A stretch of 64,000 nucleotides of DNA, taken from NCBI GenBank assembly GCA_965228735.1, contig OZ245838.1, positions 3,616,001-3,680,000 on the forward strand. Direction: 5' to 3'. Of the stretch, positions 9,272 through 19,982 are shown in pieces. Source of the DNA: Planctomycetota bacterium. Its GTDB lineage: Bacteria > Planctomycetota > UBA1135 > UBA2386. Below the pieces are notes generated by a model. The model was given only the letters and a program-made list of their open reading frames with translations, searched no databases and was not told the origin of the DNA. The position numbers were made by a program, and so were the translations under genes. Every line of letters starts with the position of its first letter. The first letter of the stretch is position 1.

Positions 9272-11062
9272 CTACTGGCCGCGGGTGACCGCCGCCCTGG
9301 CATTGGCCTTGCTGAGGAAGAGGATCGCGAAGCACGTCGCGTCGATCTGCATGTCCGCGGCGCAGCCGCAGGCGAACGCGCCGCTTCTCTGCTGCTCGGC
9401 GATGAGCTGCAGCGCGCCCTCGTAGTACCAGTCGCGGCCGTCGAGCCAGGCGATGTCGGCGAGGTGGCAGCTGCGTTCGAGGCAGTAGAGGTAGTAGTAC
9501 CAGTGAAAGCGCCCGCGCTCGCCGAAGCCCGGGTTGCAGCGCAGAGACAGTTCGCGGCTCAGCCAGGCGAAGCCGTCATCGATCGCCTGCGCGATCGCGC
9601 GGTCGAGCTTGCGGTCCTTGCGGGCACCGGCCGCGGCGAGACCGTCGCGTGCGAGCAGCAGGCCGCTGACACCCGCAGCCGTCATCGACCCGAACGGTGG
9701 CTCGTCCGGGTGCACGTACGCGAACCCGCGACACGACGCGCGCACGCTGCGACTCGCGGTCGCGGTGTCCTCGGCGCGACGCGCATCGTCCGGCGTCGTG
9801 ACGTCATAACCCAGGCGGCCGCTCGGCGGGCACTGCACCGCGAGCAGCTGGCGCGCCGCGGCCGCGAACGCCGACGCGTCCACTGTCAGCCCACACGCCT
9901 GCGCCGCGCGCAGACCGAGCAGGCCGTACTGCTGTACCGAGGTGTCGTAGCGCGGGCCGCGCACGTAGTTGAACCGCAGCAGATCGAGCGGCTGCCCGCG
10001 CGGGTCGACGCAGCCGAGCAGCCGATCCAGCCACTTCTGCGCCGCCTTGGTTTCACGTTCGGTCAGGCCGCCGCGCGCTCTTCGATCCGGATCGACCGCG
10101 AGCTTGCCGTAGGCCATGAGCGCGGCGGCGAGGGTGTAGGCGTCGACGAGGCGACGACGGCGCAGCGCGTCGAACCCGGCCGCGACGACTGCGTCATCGG
10201 ACGGCACGTGCGCCGCGAGCAGGGTCAGCAGCGCGAGCGCGAGCCGGCCGCTGCCGTAGCTACGGTTCTCGTCGACGCGACCGTCGAGGTAGCTGCGGTC
10301 CTTCTCGATCGCGGCGCGCACGAACTTCGCCCCGTTCTCGATCGCGCGCGCCACCCGCAGGCGAAAGTCGAGGTCGCCGCTATCGCGCGTGGCGACTTGT
10401 TCCCAGGCGTCCTCGACGACGATGCGGCGGAACTGCCGCTCACCGACCTCGACCACGAGATCGATCGAACCGGCGAAGCGCGTCACGAGCCCGCGTTCGG
10501 TGTCGACCGTGCGCATGATCTCAATGTCGCCGCCACCGCTCCGCACGCAGAACGCGCGCAAGAGATCGCCGCGCGGCCGGCGCAGGCGCACACTGCCACG
10601 AAGCGCCTGGCTCGCGTCCGAATCGCTACGGCGCCAACCGCCGCTGACGGTCACGTCGCCGTACGGCACGACCGATTCGAACCGGCCACCGCTCCCCCCG
10701 AGGTCGCAGGCAACCGCGCGCAGCACGTCGCGCAGATCGCGCACCGCACCGGTGAGCGACCGGCGGTCCTTCGTGAGCTCGCCGGCGCAGACGAACGGCG
10801 CGGGCAGCACGCTCGGCACGAAGCGCTCCGGCATGCTCGCCGCGCATTCTGCTCCGGCCGCCGCGCTCTTGCTGCGCACCACGGCGCTGATCCGGGCCGC
10901 CGTCGCCGTGCGGCGATACTCGACCGCGCCGCGCTCGGGCACCTGCCACGTCGCCTGCGCCGCCGCGCCAGCACCGACGAGCAGCCAGCCGGCGGCCACC
11001 GAGAACACGCGCCAGCCTACGCTGGAGAGCAACAGAACGCCGAACGCGATCCTCGACCGCAC
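9272..11062 (-). CDS. Exported protein with C-terminal prenyltransferase/squalene-oxidase-repeat (alpha-alpha barrel) domain
   Basis: AIENGAKFV, DTSVQQYGLLGL, GSMTAAG, YYYLYCLER, DWYYEGA..L..Q..G, TCFAILFL. Start codon uncertain (11008-11134). Confidence 0.7.
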   Translation of the reverse strand: MRSRIAFGVLLLSSVGWRVFSVAAGWLLVGAGAAAQATWQVPERGAVEYRRTATAARISAVVRSKSAAAGAECAASMPERFVPSVLPAPFVCAGELTKDRRSLTGAVRDLRDVLRAVACDLGGSGGRFESVVPYGDVTVSGGWRRSDSDASQALRGSVRLRRPRGDLLRAFCVRSGGGDIEIMRTVDTERGLVTRFAGSIDLVVEVGERQFRRIVVEDAWEQVATRDSGDLDFRLRVARAIENGAKFVRAAIEKDRSYLDGRVDENRSYGSGRLALALLTLLAAHVPSDDAVVAAGFDALRRRRLVDAYTLAAALMAYGKLAVDPDRRARGGLTERETKAAQKWLDRLLGCVDPRGQPLDLLRFNYVRGPRYDTSVQQYGLLGLRAAQACGLTVDASAFAAAARQLLAVQCPPSGRLGYDVTTPDDARRAEDTATASRSVRASCRGFAYVHPDEPPFGSMTAAGVSGLLLARDGLAAAGARKDRKLDRAIAQAIDDGFAWLSRELSLRCNPGFGERGRFHWYYYLYCLERSCHLADIAWLDGRDWYYEGALQLIAEQQRSGAFACGCAADMQIDATCFAILFLSKANARAAVTRGQ

Positions 11063-11156
11063 CCGCCCCGACCTCGAAGAGTTCTCCACAATGCGACAGT
11101 GCGGCGAGCGGGGGATGATCGTCGACTCCGGCAACGCGCGGCCTACGATCGTGCGG

Positions 11157-11300
11157 ATGCTGGCTCACCTCACTCCCCTCGAAGCCCCCGTCGTCTGGTT
11201 CGCGTTCCTCGCGGGCGTCGTCGCCGGCGTCGTCGCGACGCTGCTGCTGGTCCGCCACCGTCGCCTGCGACCCGCGCCCGAGACCAACCGCGACGCATGA
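11157..11300 (+). CDS. Small single-TM protein (47 aa)
   Basis: MLAHLTPLEAPVVWFAFLAGVVAGVVATLLLVRHRRLRPAPETNRDA. Stop overlaps the thyX start (ATGA). Confidence 0.55.
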   Translation: MLAHLTPLEAPVVWFAFLAGVVAGVVATLLLVRHRRLRPAPETNRDA

Positions 11301-12916
11301 GCTACACGGACTTCGAGAAGCAGCTGCTGTCGAACTACTTCTCCGTCGTCGACGGCGAGGAGCACGCGGACATCTACCTCGTGCACGGCCTGCCGCAGGA
11401 GGTCGCGGCGACGCTCAACGGGGTCTACTCCCGTTCGAGCAAGTCGATGCGCGATCAGTTCCTCGATCGGCTGAAGAAGGGCCTCGAGGCGCAGGGCAAG
11501 ACGCTCGCCGACATGCCGCTGCCGGCGAGCAGCGATCCGCTGTCCGAGGTCATGGCCGACAAGGCCGGGCAGTTCCTCAAGACCTACGCGATCGACCACG
11601 GGCACAACTCGCTGCGCGAAGGCGCGGTCGTGCACCTCGCGGTCGAACGCGTCTCGCAGCTCGTGACGCGCTTCATCCAGCGCGAACGTCGCTGCAGCTT
11701 CGAGGAGTCGTCCACGCGCTACATCTCGTTCTCCAAGGAGAGCCACTGGCGCGATCCCGACGTCATGGCTCGAGGCGGTGAGATCGCCGCGGACTACGAG
11801 GCGATCCTCGACGAGACGTTCACGCTCTATCAGAAGGCGTCGCAGCTGCTGCTCGCCCATCTCGAACGGCAGCGCCCGCTGCAGCCCGGCGAGAACGAGG
11901 GTGGCTGGCGCCGCGCGCTCAAGGCCGAGGCGTTCGACGCCGCCCGCTACCTGCTGACGCCCGCGATCTCGACCAAGTGGGGCATGGTCGCCGACGCGCG
12001 CACGCTGAGCGACGTGATCTCCGAGCTGCTGAGTCATCCGCTGAACGAGTTCCGGCTCGTCGGCGAGCGCATGCTCGAGCAGGCCGAGAAGGCCCTGCCG
12101 ACCCTGCTGCGCCACGCCAAGGACAACGCGTTCCAGCGCGCGCTGCAGAAGACCGCGCCGCTCGCCGTGCGGGATCTCGGGATCGCCGAGCCGGCACCGC
12201 ATCGCGGTCCGGCCAAAGCCCGCACGACGCTCCTCGGCTACGACAGCGAACTCGACGATCGCCTGCTCGCCTCGCTGCTGTACGAACGCAGCGGCCAGCC
12301 GTTCGAGACGCTCGTCGACGCGGTGCGCGGCAAGACCGCGACCGAGCGCGAAGCGCTGTTGTCACGGCTCATGGCCGACCGCGGCAAGCACGACGCGTGG
12401 CCGCTCGCGCTCGAGGGCGCCGCGCCATTCGACTTCGAGGTGCTCGTCGACTTCGGCGCGTACCGCGACATCGGTCGCCATCGCAAGAGCCTGCAGCAGC
12501 AACAGACGATGACGACGGTGCACGGTTTCGCGGTGCCGCCGCTGATCGTCGACGCCGGCCTCGAAAAGGAGTACGTCGACGTGCTCACGCGGACGGCCGA
12601 GCGCCAACAGCGGATCGCGCGGGAGTTCCCCGACGCGGCCGCCTACGTCACGCCGTTCGCGTTCCTGCAGCGCATCCGCATCCAGTTCGACCCGCGGCAG
12701 ACGGCCTACTTCATCGAGCTGCGCAGCGGCCCCGAGGGTCACTTCAGCTACCGGCAGGTCGCGCTCGACATGTTCGCGCACGTCAAGCGCACGTCACCGC
12801 TGTTCGCGCAGTTCATCCGCGCGCAGGAAGGCGGCGCCTTCCTCGGCCGCCTCGACAGCGAGCTCACCGCGGACGAACGTCGCGCGCGCCGGATGGAGGC
12901 CGCGGGCGACGCGTAG
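11297..12916 (+). CDS. thyX: FAD-dependent thymidylate synthase, tandem two-domain ThyX type
   Basis: 539 aa. YSRS, GHNSLRE, RERRCSFEESSTRY, FDAARYLL in domain 1; DFGAYRDIGRHR, YFIELRS..GH.SYR in domain 2. Confidence 0.85.
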   Translation: MSYTDFEKQLLSNYFSVVDGEEHADIYLVHGLPQEVAATLNGVYSRSSKSMRDQFLDRLKKGLEAQGKTLADMPLPASSDPLSEVMADKAGQFLKTYAIDHGHNSLREGAVVHLAVERVSQLVTRFIQRERRCSFEESSTRYISFSKESHWRDPDVMARGGEIAADYEAILDETFTLYQKASQLLLAHLERQRPLQPGENEGGWRRALKAEAFDAARYLLTPAISTKWGMVADARTLSDVISELLSHPLNEFRLVGERMLEQAEKALPTLLRHAKDNAFQRALQKTAPLAVRDLGIAEPAPHRGPAKARTTLLGYDSELDDRLLASLLYERSGQPFETLVDAVRGKTATEREALLSRLMADRGKHDAWPLALEGAAPFDFEVLVDFGAYRDIGRHRKSLQQQQTMTTVHGFAVPPLIVDAGLEKEYVDVLTRTAERQQRIAREFPDAAAYVTPFAFLQRIRIQFDPRQTAYFIELRSGPEGHFSYRQVALDMFAHVKRTSPLFAQFIRAQEGGAFLGRLDSELTADERRARRMEAAGDA

Positions 12917-12938
12917 TCGGGCCCGCCTGGCCGTCCGC

Positions 12939-15077
12939 TCAGCGCAAGAACACGTCGCACGGGTTCGCGGCCACGCCGCTCGTCAACGTGCTGTCGTCGA
13001 AGACGAAGCTGACGAACGTCAGGCGCACGCCGGCGAACTCGCTCGGCAACGGAGCGTAGGCGCTGAAGTCGAGCACGGCCGTCGCGTTGCCGCTGCCGTC
13101 GAGATCGGCGAGGAAGCCCTGCAGTTCCGGCGTGAACCACGCCGCGTTGACGACCCCGAGCAACCAGTCGGTCTGCACCGGCAGAGACCCGGTGAGGAAC
13201 GGGGTCGGCGGCAGGTGACCACTCATTCCGAACGATACGAAGTACGGCCGGGAGGCATGGCTCTCGCCACCGCGCACGAAGATCTCGAGCGGCGCGGCGG
13301 TCGTCAGATCGAAGTGCGTGCGCTCCGCGACGAGCTTGGGTCGCACGGGTTCGAGCGGCAGGTCGAGCCAGGACGCCTCGGCGCTCGTCGCGCCCCGGTG
13401 CACCACGTCGACGCGGAAGTTGACGAAGCGCGGCGCGACCTCGAGCTGCCGCACCATCGGCGCTTCGCGCAGCCACAGGTTGCGGAGTCGCAGGCGCACG
13501 GTCGTGCCGGCCGGCAACCGCGCAGCCACCGGCGGCAGCACGAGCGTGTGATCCTCGGCGGTCAGCGGGGTGCTGCCGCCCGCATGGACCGCGCCCGAGC
13601 ACAGCATGACCTCCTCGGCGCTGCCCGGTACCTCGACCGTGAGCAGCGCGGCGATCATCCAGTCGGGTGCGTGCGGGACGACGTGCAACCGCAGTCGGGC
13701 CGCCGCCGCGAGATCGGACTCGGCGACCGTCACGTAGGAGTAGACCGCCTCGTCGAGCGGACACTTCGTGAGCACGTTCGCAGGATTGCGCTCCGCGGAG
13801 ATCGTCAGGTACGCGTTCGCCGTGAACGTCGGATCGATGACCTGCTCGATCGACTCGTGCGGCGCCGCCGTCGTCGGCGCCGACGTCGCCAGCTGGCCGC
13901 CCCCGGTCAGCCACAACCGCGTCGGGTTCGCTGCCGTCAACGGGTCGCCCGAGTGGGCCCGACTCCACGCGTGCTGCGGATCATCGCGTTCGGCTGCGGT
14001 CAACGGCAGTTGCGATTGCACGAACGGGCGCTCGAGCTCGACCTCGTTGGGTTCGTCCCAGAGCCAGCGATCGAGCCAGCGCAGGTAGGTCGCGTCGCGG
14101 AAGTCGAACTCGAGATCGTTCGTGGGTGAGTTGTGTCCGCCGGTCGTCAGGATCGCGCGCGTCGGACCGGCCATGGTCGCGAGCGACTCGAGGCCGAGCA
14201 GCGGCGCGTTGATCCGATCGTGATACGAATGCACGTAGAGCGTCGGCACCGTGCTGGCCGCAAGTTTGGTCGCGAGCGTGCGCCCCTCACCCGCGAACAT
14301 CGCAAGCAACGCCGCGGGGTCCTGGTTCTCGAACGCGGCTCGCGCCGCGAGCAGGAACGCGGAGTCCAGCGGCAAACCGGGATAGCTGCCGGCGAGCGCC
14401 TCGACGAACCACGAGCTCCACAGCCGACCGCCGCGCAGCCAGTCGTCGGCGTTCTCCGCGGCGTAGTCGCTGGCGATCACGCATTGCACCGTCGGGAACG
14501 TCAGCGCTGCTCGGCCCGGAACGGCGAGCGGCAGGCCGGACCACGCGGCCGCCGCCCAGGCGTGGGCACCGCCCTGGCTGCTGCCGATCACCGCGAGCCG
14601 TGACGCATCGACGAAGCCGACGGCCGCGGGTTCGTTCCCGACGTGGAGCACCTGCTCGGCGAGGTCACAGCGCTCGACCGGCCCCCAGAGCGTCGAACCC
14701 GCGCCGACATGGCCGGGGTTCTGTTGCGCCGCCTGGCCCTGACCGCGCACGTCGTAGGCCCAGACCGCGTAGCCCCGGGATGCGACCTCGAGCTGCAGCC
14801 CGAGCGCGGCTGCGCGCGTGCTGCCGAGCGGGTGCACGAAGACGACGAGCGGCCAGCCGCAGGTCGGCGGTGGCGCGTCCGGCCGCACGAGCGTCGCGAC
14901 GGTCTGGTAGCCGTCGGAGTAGGTGACGGGCAGGACCGCGTCGATGTGCGTCGGAAAGCCGCCCTGCGGCGGCGTCGGTCGCGGGCAGGCCTGGGCCATC
15001 GTCGCGGCGACGAACGTGACGACCGCCGTCACGACCGCGGCGGCATGGACGGCAAGGAGGCGAGAGGCAAACGGCAT
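12939..15077 (-). CDS. Secreted CocE/NonD (S15-like) alpha/beta hydrolase
   Basis: Signal-like N-terminus, WPLVVFVH, GYAVWAYDVRGQG, nucleophile motif GSSQGG, PepX_C-like beta domain, plus an extra C-terminal domain. Confidence 0.8.
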   Translation of the reverse strand: MPFASRLLAVHAAAVVTAVVTFVAATMAQACPRPTPPQGGFPTHIDAVLPVTYSDGYQTVATLVRPDAPPPTCGWPLVVFVHPLGSTRAAALGLQLEVASRGYAVWAYDVRGQGQAAQQNPGHVGAGSTLWGPVERCDLAEQVLHVGNEPAAVGFVDASRLAVIGSSQGGAHAWAAAAWSGLPLAVPGRAALTFPTVQCVIASDYAAENADDWLRGGRLWSSWFVEALAGSYPGLPLDSAFLLAARAAFENQDPAALLAMFAGEGRTLATKLAASTVPTLYVHSYHDRINAPLLGLESLATMAGPTRAILTTGGHNSPTNDLEFDFRDATYLRWLDRWLWDEPNEVELERPFVQSQLPLTAAERDDPQHAWSRAHSGDPLTAANPTRLWLTGGGQLATSAPTTAAPHESIEQVIDPTFTANAYLTISAERNPANVLTKCPLDEAVYSYVTVAESDLAAAARLRLHVVPHAPDWMIAALLTVEVPGSAEEVMLCSGAVHAGGSTPLTAEDHTLVLPPVAARLPAGTTVRLRLRNLWLREAPMVRQLEVAPRFVNFRVDVVHRGATSAEASWLDLPLEPVRPKLVAERTHFDLTTAAPLEIFVRGGESHASRPYFVSFGMSGHLPPTPFLTGSLPVQTDWLLGVVNAAWFTPELQGFLADLDGSGNATAVLDFSAYAPLPSEFAGVRLTFVSFVFDDSTLTSGVAANPCDVFLR

Positions 15078-15370
15078 GCGAAGGCGGCGAGACCGGAGCA
15101 GCATAGCAGTGGACGAGGAACGCCGCGGTGACGTGCCATGGCAACGACCCGTCGAGCCCGGATCGCGACCGGGCAAAACGCCACGCAGCGACAACGCTCT
15201 ATCGCGCGGCGACGGGCCTCGCCTTGCCCCAATCCCGTGCGACCGCGCGCCGGCCGATTTGCCGCGCCATCGCGCCGCTGCCAAGGCCGGTTGACCGCGC
15301 CGCGTTTGCGGCGGGCCACATCACGATGGCGACAACGGGGACGGCCGGCGACGAGCGCGCGATACGCGGC

Positions 15371-16039
15371 TCACGTGGGCACGACAGTGCGCGCGATCGC
15401 TGGCAACGCCGCCGCGATGCGCTCGACGGCCTCGTCATCAGAGGCACTGCGCAATGCCCGGCGCGGCACTCCCACGCCTTCGAGCGCGGCTCGATCGCTA
15501 TCGCCGTCACCTGCGCCGATGGTCCACACCTCTTCGCACACCTGCAGACTGGCAACGACGAGGTCCATCCGGTTGAGAAAGTCGGCGGGCCGCGCCTTCT
15601 GGAAGAACGAGCGGCGACAGCACCACGCGCAACGCGCCGGGTCGTCGAACGTCGCGCAGGCCGCGTCATCGCGGTCGACGAGGTCGCCGCGCTGACAGAC
15701 GACCTCGGGCATCCGCACCACGCCGACGCACGCGCTGCCGAGTCGCGCGGCGAGCCACAGCAGATTGGGCGAACCGCGCGCGCCGGCACCCGCGTGCACC
15801 ACGACGTGCGCGGGGGTCGCGCGCAGCGCGTTGGCCAGCGCCACTTCCTCGGGCACGTCCGTGAACGTGGTCGCGACCTGGTGCAGCGGCGCGGGCGCCC
15901 CACGCGTGGCGTGTAGCCGCTCCACCTGGGCGCCTTCGCCGTGCAGTCGGGCGGCGAGCCGCTCGCAGTAGTCTGCACTCCAGTGCGGCTCGCGGCTGCC
16001 GCCGGGCGAATCGATCAACACCACGCGCACGCTCGCCAC
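15371..16039 (-). CDS. Hypothetical protein resembling a GT4 N-terminal domain with Cys cluster
   Basis: LAARL...G.QV, HVVVHAG, VCQRGDLVDRDDAAC.....ARCAWCC. No C-terminal GT-B domain. Confidence 0.55.
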   Translation of the reverse strand: MASVRVVLIDSPGGSREPHWSADYCERLAARLHGEGAQVERLHATRGAPAPLHQVATTFTDVPEEVALANALRATPAHVVVHAGAGARGSPNLLWLAARLGSACVGVVRMPEVVCQRGDLVDRDDAACATFDDPARCAWCCRRSFFQKARPADFLNRMDLVVASLQVCEEVWTIGAGDGDSDRAALEGVGVPRRALRSASDDEAVERIAAALPAIARTVVPT

Positions 16040-16117
16040 GTTAGATCGCCGCCAGCGAAGATCACATCGAAAGTCGCGTCCGCCGGCGGCCCCGGGCGGC
16101 TATCGTCCGCGGCCGAC

Positions 16118-17845
16118 ATGAAGACGGCCCGTTCGCTGATCCACGCCTGGCTCGTGCTGGACTTCTTCGGCGACGCGCGACGACGTGGCGGCAACAGCAG
16201 CACGCTCACGACGACGATCTTCACCCAGGGGTTCCTCGCGCTCGTGTTCGCGGCGCTGCTCTACCCCGAAACGCCACCGATCCCGTTCGCCGCGGCCAAT
16301 CTCTGCCTGGCCTCGCTCCTCATCGCGGTGTCGGTACTCGGCGACCAGGATCGCGTCGACCGCCAGCGCGCCGACGCGCTGCTCCTCGGCACCTCGCCCG
16401 TCGGTCGCGCCACGGTCGTCGCGGCGCGCGCCGGCCACTCGGCGTTCTACGTCGCGCTGCTCACGATCGGCATGGCGCTGCCCCCCGGCATCCTGCTCGC
16501 GTTCTTGCAGGACGAGCCGTGGCTCGTGCTCGGCTACGTCGCACTCGCGTGCGTCTGCGTGGGGCTGGCGACCGGCGCGCTCGCGGTGACGCTCGCCCTG
16601 CTCACGCGGTTGTTCGGCGCCGCGCGCGCCGCGTTGCTCGGGGGGTCACTCAAGGCCGTGCTGCTCGGCGGCGGCATCGCGTTGTTCGCGCTCGGCCTGC
16701 AGAACCTGCGCGGCACCGCTGACGATCTCCCGTTCGGGCGATCGGGCGCCGAGTTGCTGCCGCCCTATCACGCGGCCCGCCTGCTCCACGAGCCGGGGAA
16801 CGAGCTGTGGCGGCTCGCGGTGCTCGCCGGCATCGGCCTCGGGCTCGCCGCGCTCGCGCTCCTGCTCGGCCGCCAGGAGCACGGCGCCGCCACTGCCGTG
16901 CGGCGCAACGGACCGCTGCAACGATTGCTGAACGCGCTCGCGGGCCGCGGGCCGGGAGCGGGCGTCGCGGAGTTCACCGCGGTGTCGATGTGGCGCAGCC
17001 CGGGCTTCCGCGGCCGCGTCCTGCCGCTGCTCGGTCTGCCCGCCGGCATGATCTACCTGAGCCTGCGCGGTGATGGCGGCGATGGCGGCGATGGCGACGA
17101 CCCGGGCAACGGCTTCGTCTTCCTCTGCGTGATGCTGCACCTGCCGGCGATCTACCTGCCCTTCCTCGTGGCGTTCCTGCCGCGCGCGGATCAGGACAAC
17201 ACGGGCTGGGTCTTCGAGCACGCCCCGCCGATTGCGCTCGAGGTCATCCGCGACGCGGCCTGGCGCGCGCTCGTCACACACGTGCTCGTGCCCGTGCATG
17301 CGATCGCGGCCACGCTGCTCGTTCTCACGAGTTCTGCGCCGCTCGACACCGCGCTGGCCGCGGTGTTCGCGTTCACGGTGGCGGTCGTCATCAGCCGCCC
17401 GATGTGTGCCGCTCTCGAGACCGTGCCGTTCAGCGACGACAGCGGCAACGAACCGGGAACGAACCTCGGCACGCTGTTTCCCGTCGCGCTGCTGCTGCTC
17501 GGACTCGGTGTGCTGTTCGGAGCGTTCGCCGGCACCGGGCTGCGGATCGGCCTGACGGTCGCGGCCATCGGCCTGGCCGTGGCGATGCTGCGTCGGCGCC
17601 CCGTGGCCGACGCTCCGGCAGCGCCCGCAGCCACGTCATCGGCATCGGTTCCGGCAGCGGGCGGCGCCTCCACGCACGCCCCCGCGGGAACCGAGCCCGA
17701 AGCCGGCACCGACGATCCCGAACCCGAACCGCCCGGTGAGGACCTGCTGGCCGGCAATGCGCTCAACCGCGAGCTCCGCGCCGTGGCCCTGCTCTACGTC
17801 GCAGTGTCGGTCGTCCCGACTCTCGTCGGCGCCGCCTTCGCTTGA
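16118..17845 (+). CDS. Multi-pass membrane protein (putative ABC-type permease)
   Basis: More than 10 hydrophobic segments; D..LL.T.PV....V..AR motif typical of ABC-2-like permeases. Confidence 0.7.
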   Translation: MKTARSLIHAWLVLDFFGDARRRGGNSSTLTTTIFTQGFLALVFAALLYPETPPIPFAAANLCLASLLIAVSVLGDQDRVDRQRADALLLGTSPVGRATVVAARAGHSAFYVALLTIGMALPPGILLAFLQDEPWLVLGYVALACVCVGLATGALAVTLALLTRLFGAARAALLGGSLKAVLLGGGIALFALGLQNLRGTADDLPFGRSGAELLPPYHAARLLHEPGNELWRLAVLAGIGLGLAALALLLGRQEHGAATAVRRNGPLQRLLNALAGRGPGAGVAEFTAVSMWRSPGFRGRVLPLLGLPAGMIYLSLRGDGGDGGDGDDPGNGFVFLCVMLHLPAIYLPFLVAFLPRADQDNTGWVFEHAPPIALEVIRDAAWRALVTHVLVPVHAIAATLLVLTSSAPLDTALAAVFAFTVAVVISRPMCAALETVPFSDDSGNEPGTNLGTLFPVALLLLGLGVLFGAFAGTGLRIGLTVAAIGLAVAMLRRRPVADAPAAPAATSSASVPAAGGASTHAPAGTEPEAGTDDPEPEPPGEDLLAGNALNRELRAVALLYVAVSVVPTLVGAAFA

Positions 17846-18057
17846 TCGAACCCGTACGGTGCCCGGTGCACGCCGGCCACGGGGCACCCTCGCAGTGGCG
17901 ATTCAGTCCCGCGCGGCTCGGAGGCTCTGTGGCCAAGTCGTTGCAGGCGAGCAGATTGGCGCATTCGAGCCGGAATCTGCTCCAGGCCCACCGGTGTGAG
18001 TTGCCGGGCGTGGCCGAATGCCATACAGTCAGGCAACTCGTCACCCGAGGAGTGCCC

Positions 18058-18300
18058 ATGAACACCCACACCGAGGTGGAACACCGCGCTGCGACCGCAG
18101 CGGCGGGCCTCACGACGGCTCCGACTCACGCGGCCGCTGGCCGCGACGCCGGCCCCGAACGCCTCCCGACTGCTGCGGATCATCCGCCGGGAGCGCCGCA
18201 TCCGGACGGGCCAGCACCTGCCGACGCGCGGGCCAGCATCGATCCGCTGGCCGCGACCGATCGGTATCGCCTCGCGCGGCCGCTCGATCTGCAGCTCTGA
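18058..18300 (+). CDS. Small hypothetical protein (80 aa)
   Basis: GAGGAG RBS shortly before the ATG at 18058; Ala/Pro-rich, ending SIDPLAATDRYRLARPLDLQL. Confidence 0.45.
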   Translation: MNTHTEVEHRAATAAAGLTTAPTHAAAGRDAGPERLPTAADHPPGAPHPDGPAPADARASIDPLAATDRYRLARPLDLQL

Positions 18301-18367
18301 CGTCAGCTCGCCGGCCGGAACCAGATCCGCTTCTCGATCCGAACCATGCGTTCGGGCTTCGCCGCCT

Positions 18368-19375
<1,008 letters not shown>

Positions 19376-19497
19376 CGCGATGACGGGTGTCGACGCAGCT
19401 CGGGGAGACCGAACCCGAGCGCGTCAGCGCGGTGAGAGGATCGCAGGGTCGCACCGCCATCCGGGGCGCGGCTGCATCGCTGCAGCCGCCAACAAGC

Positions 19498-19932
19498 CTA
19501 CGACTCGCCCGCGGGCGCGGCAGCGGTCTTCGCCGCCGCGGAGATGTCGACGCCGGTGCCAGCCGTCGCGGCGTCCTTCTTCTTGCCTTCGGTCGCCGCA
19601 GCGGTCGCGGGCGTCTCCGGCTTCTGCACCGTCGTGTCGGCGGTCAACGGATCGAAATCCTGCTGGTCACCACCGCGTCGATCGTTGCCCTTGCCGCCGC
19701 GCGTGCGCCGCTTCTTCGAGCGGCCACCGCCCGACGAACCGTTGCGCTTCTTCTCGGCCAGCATGATGTTGCGCATCCGCTCCCGGTCTTCGCGACGCTT
19801 CTTGTCGCTCGACTTCTCGTGGTAGGCGTGCTTCTTGGCGAGGCGGAAGATGCCGGCGTAGTTGCACTGGCGCTTGAAGCGACGAAGCGCCGCTTCGAGC
19901 GGCTCGTTGGGGCGGACTTGAACGCGGATCAT
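19498..19932 (-). CDS. rpsU: 30S ribosomal protein bS21 with long C-terminal extension
   Basis: MIRVQVRPNEPLEAALRRFKRQCNYAGIF...YHEKSSDKKRR; 144 aa in total. Confidence 0.9.
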   Translation of the reverse strand: MIRVQVRPNEPLEAALRRFKRQCNYAGIFRLAKKHAYHEKSSDKKRREDRERMRNIMLAEKKRNGSSGGGRSKKRRTRGGKGNDRRGGDQQDFDPLTADTTVQKPETPATAAATEGKKKDAATAGTGVDISAAAKTAAAPAGES

Positions 19933-19982
19933 GTAGGACGGATGCCTTGGGTGGTGCGTGAGAGCGAACGCCCTCACCGGTG

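Noticed and set aside
9155..12916. 1253-aa ORF that looks like a giant ThyX fusion
   Set aside because: The first ~714 codons are the antisense shadow of the minus-strand gene and the spacer. The real start is the ATG at 11297.
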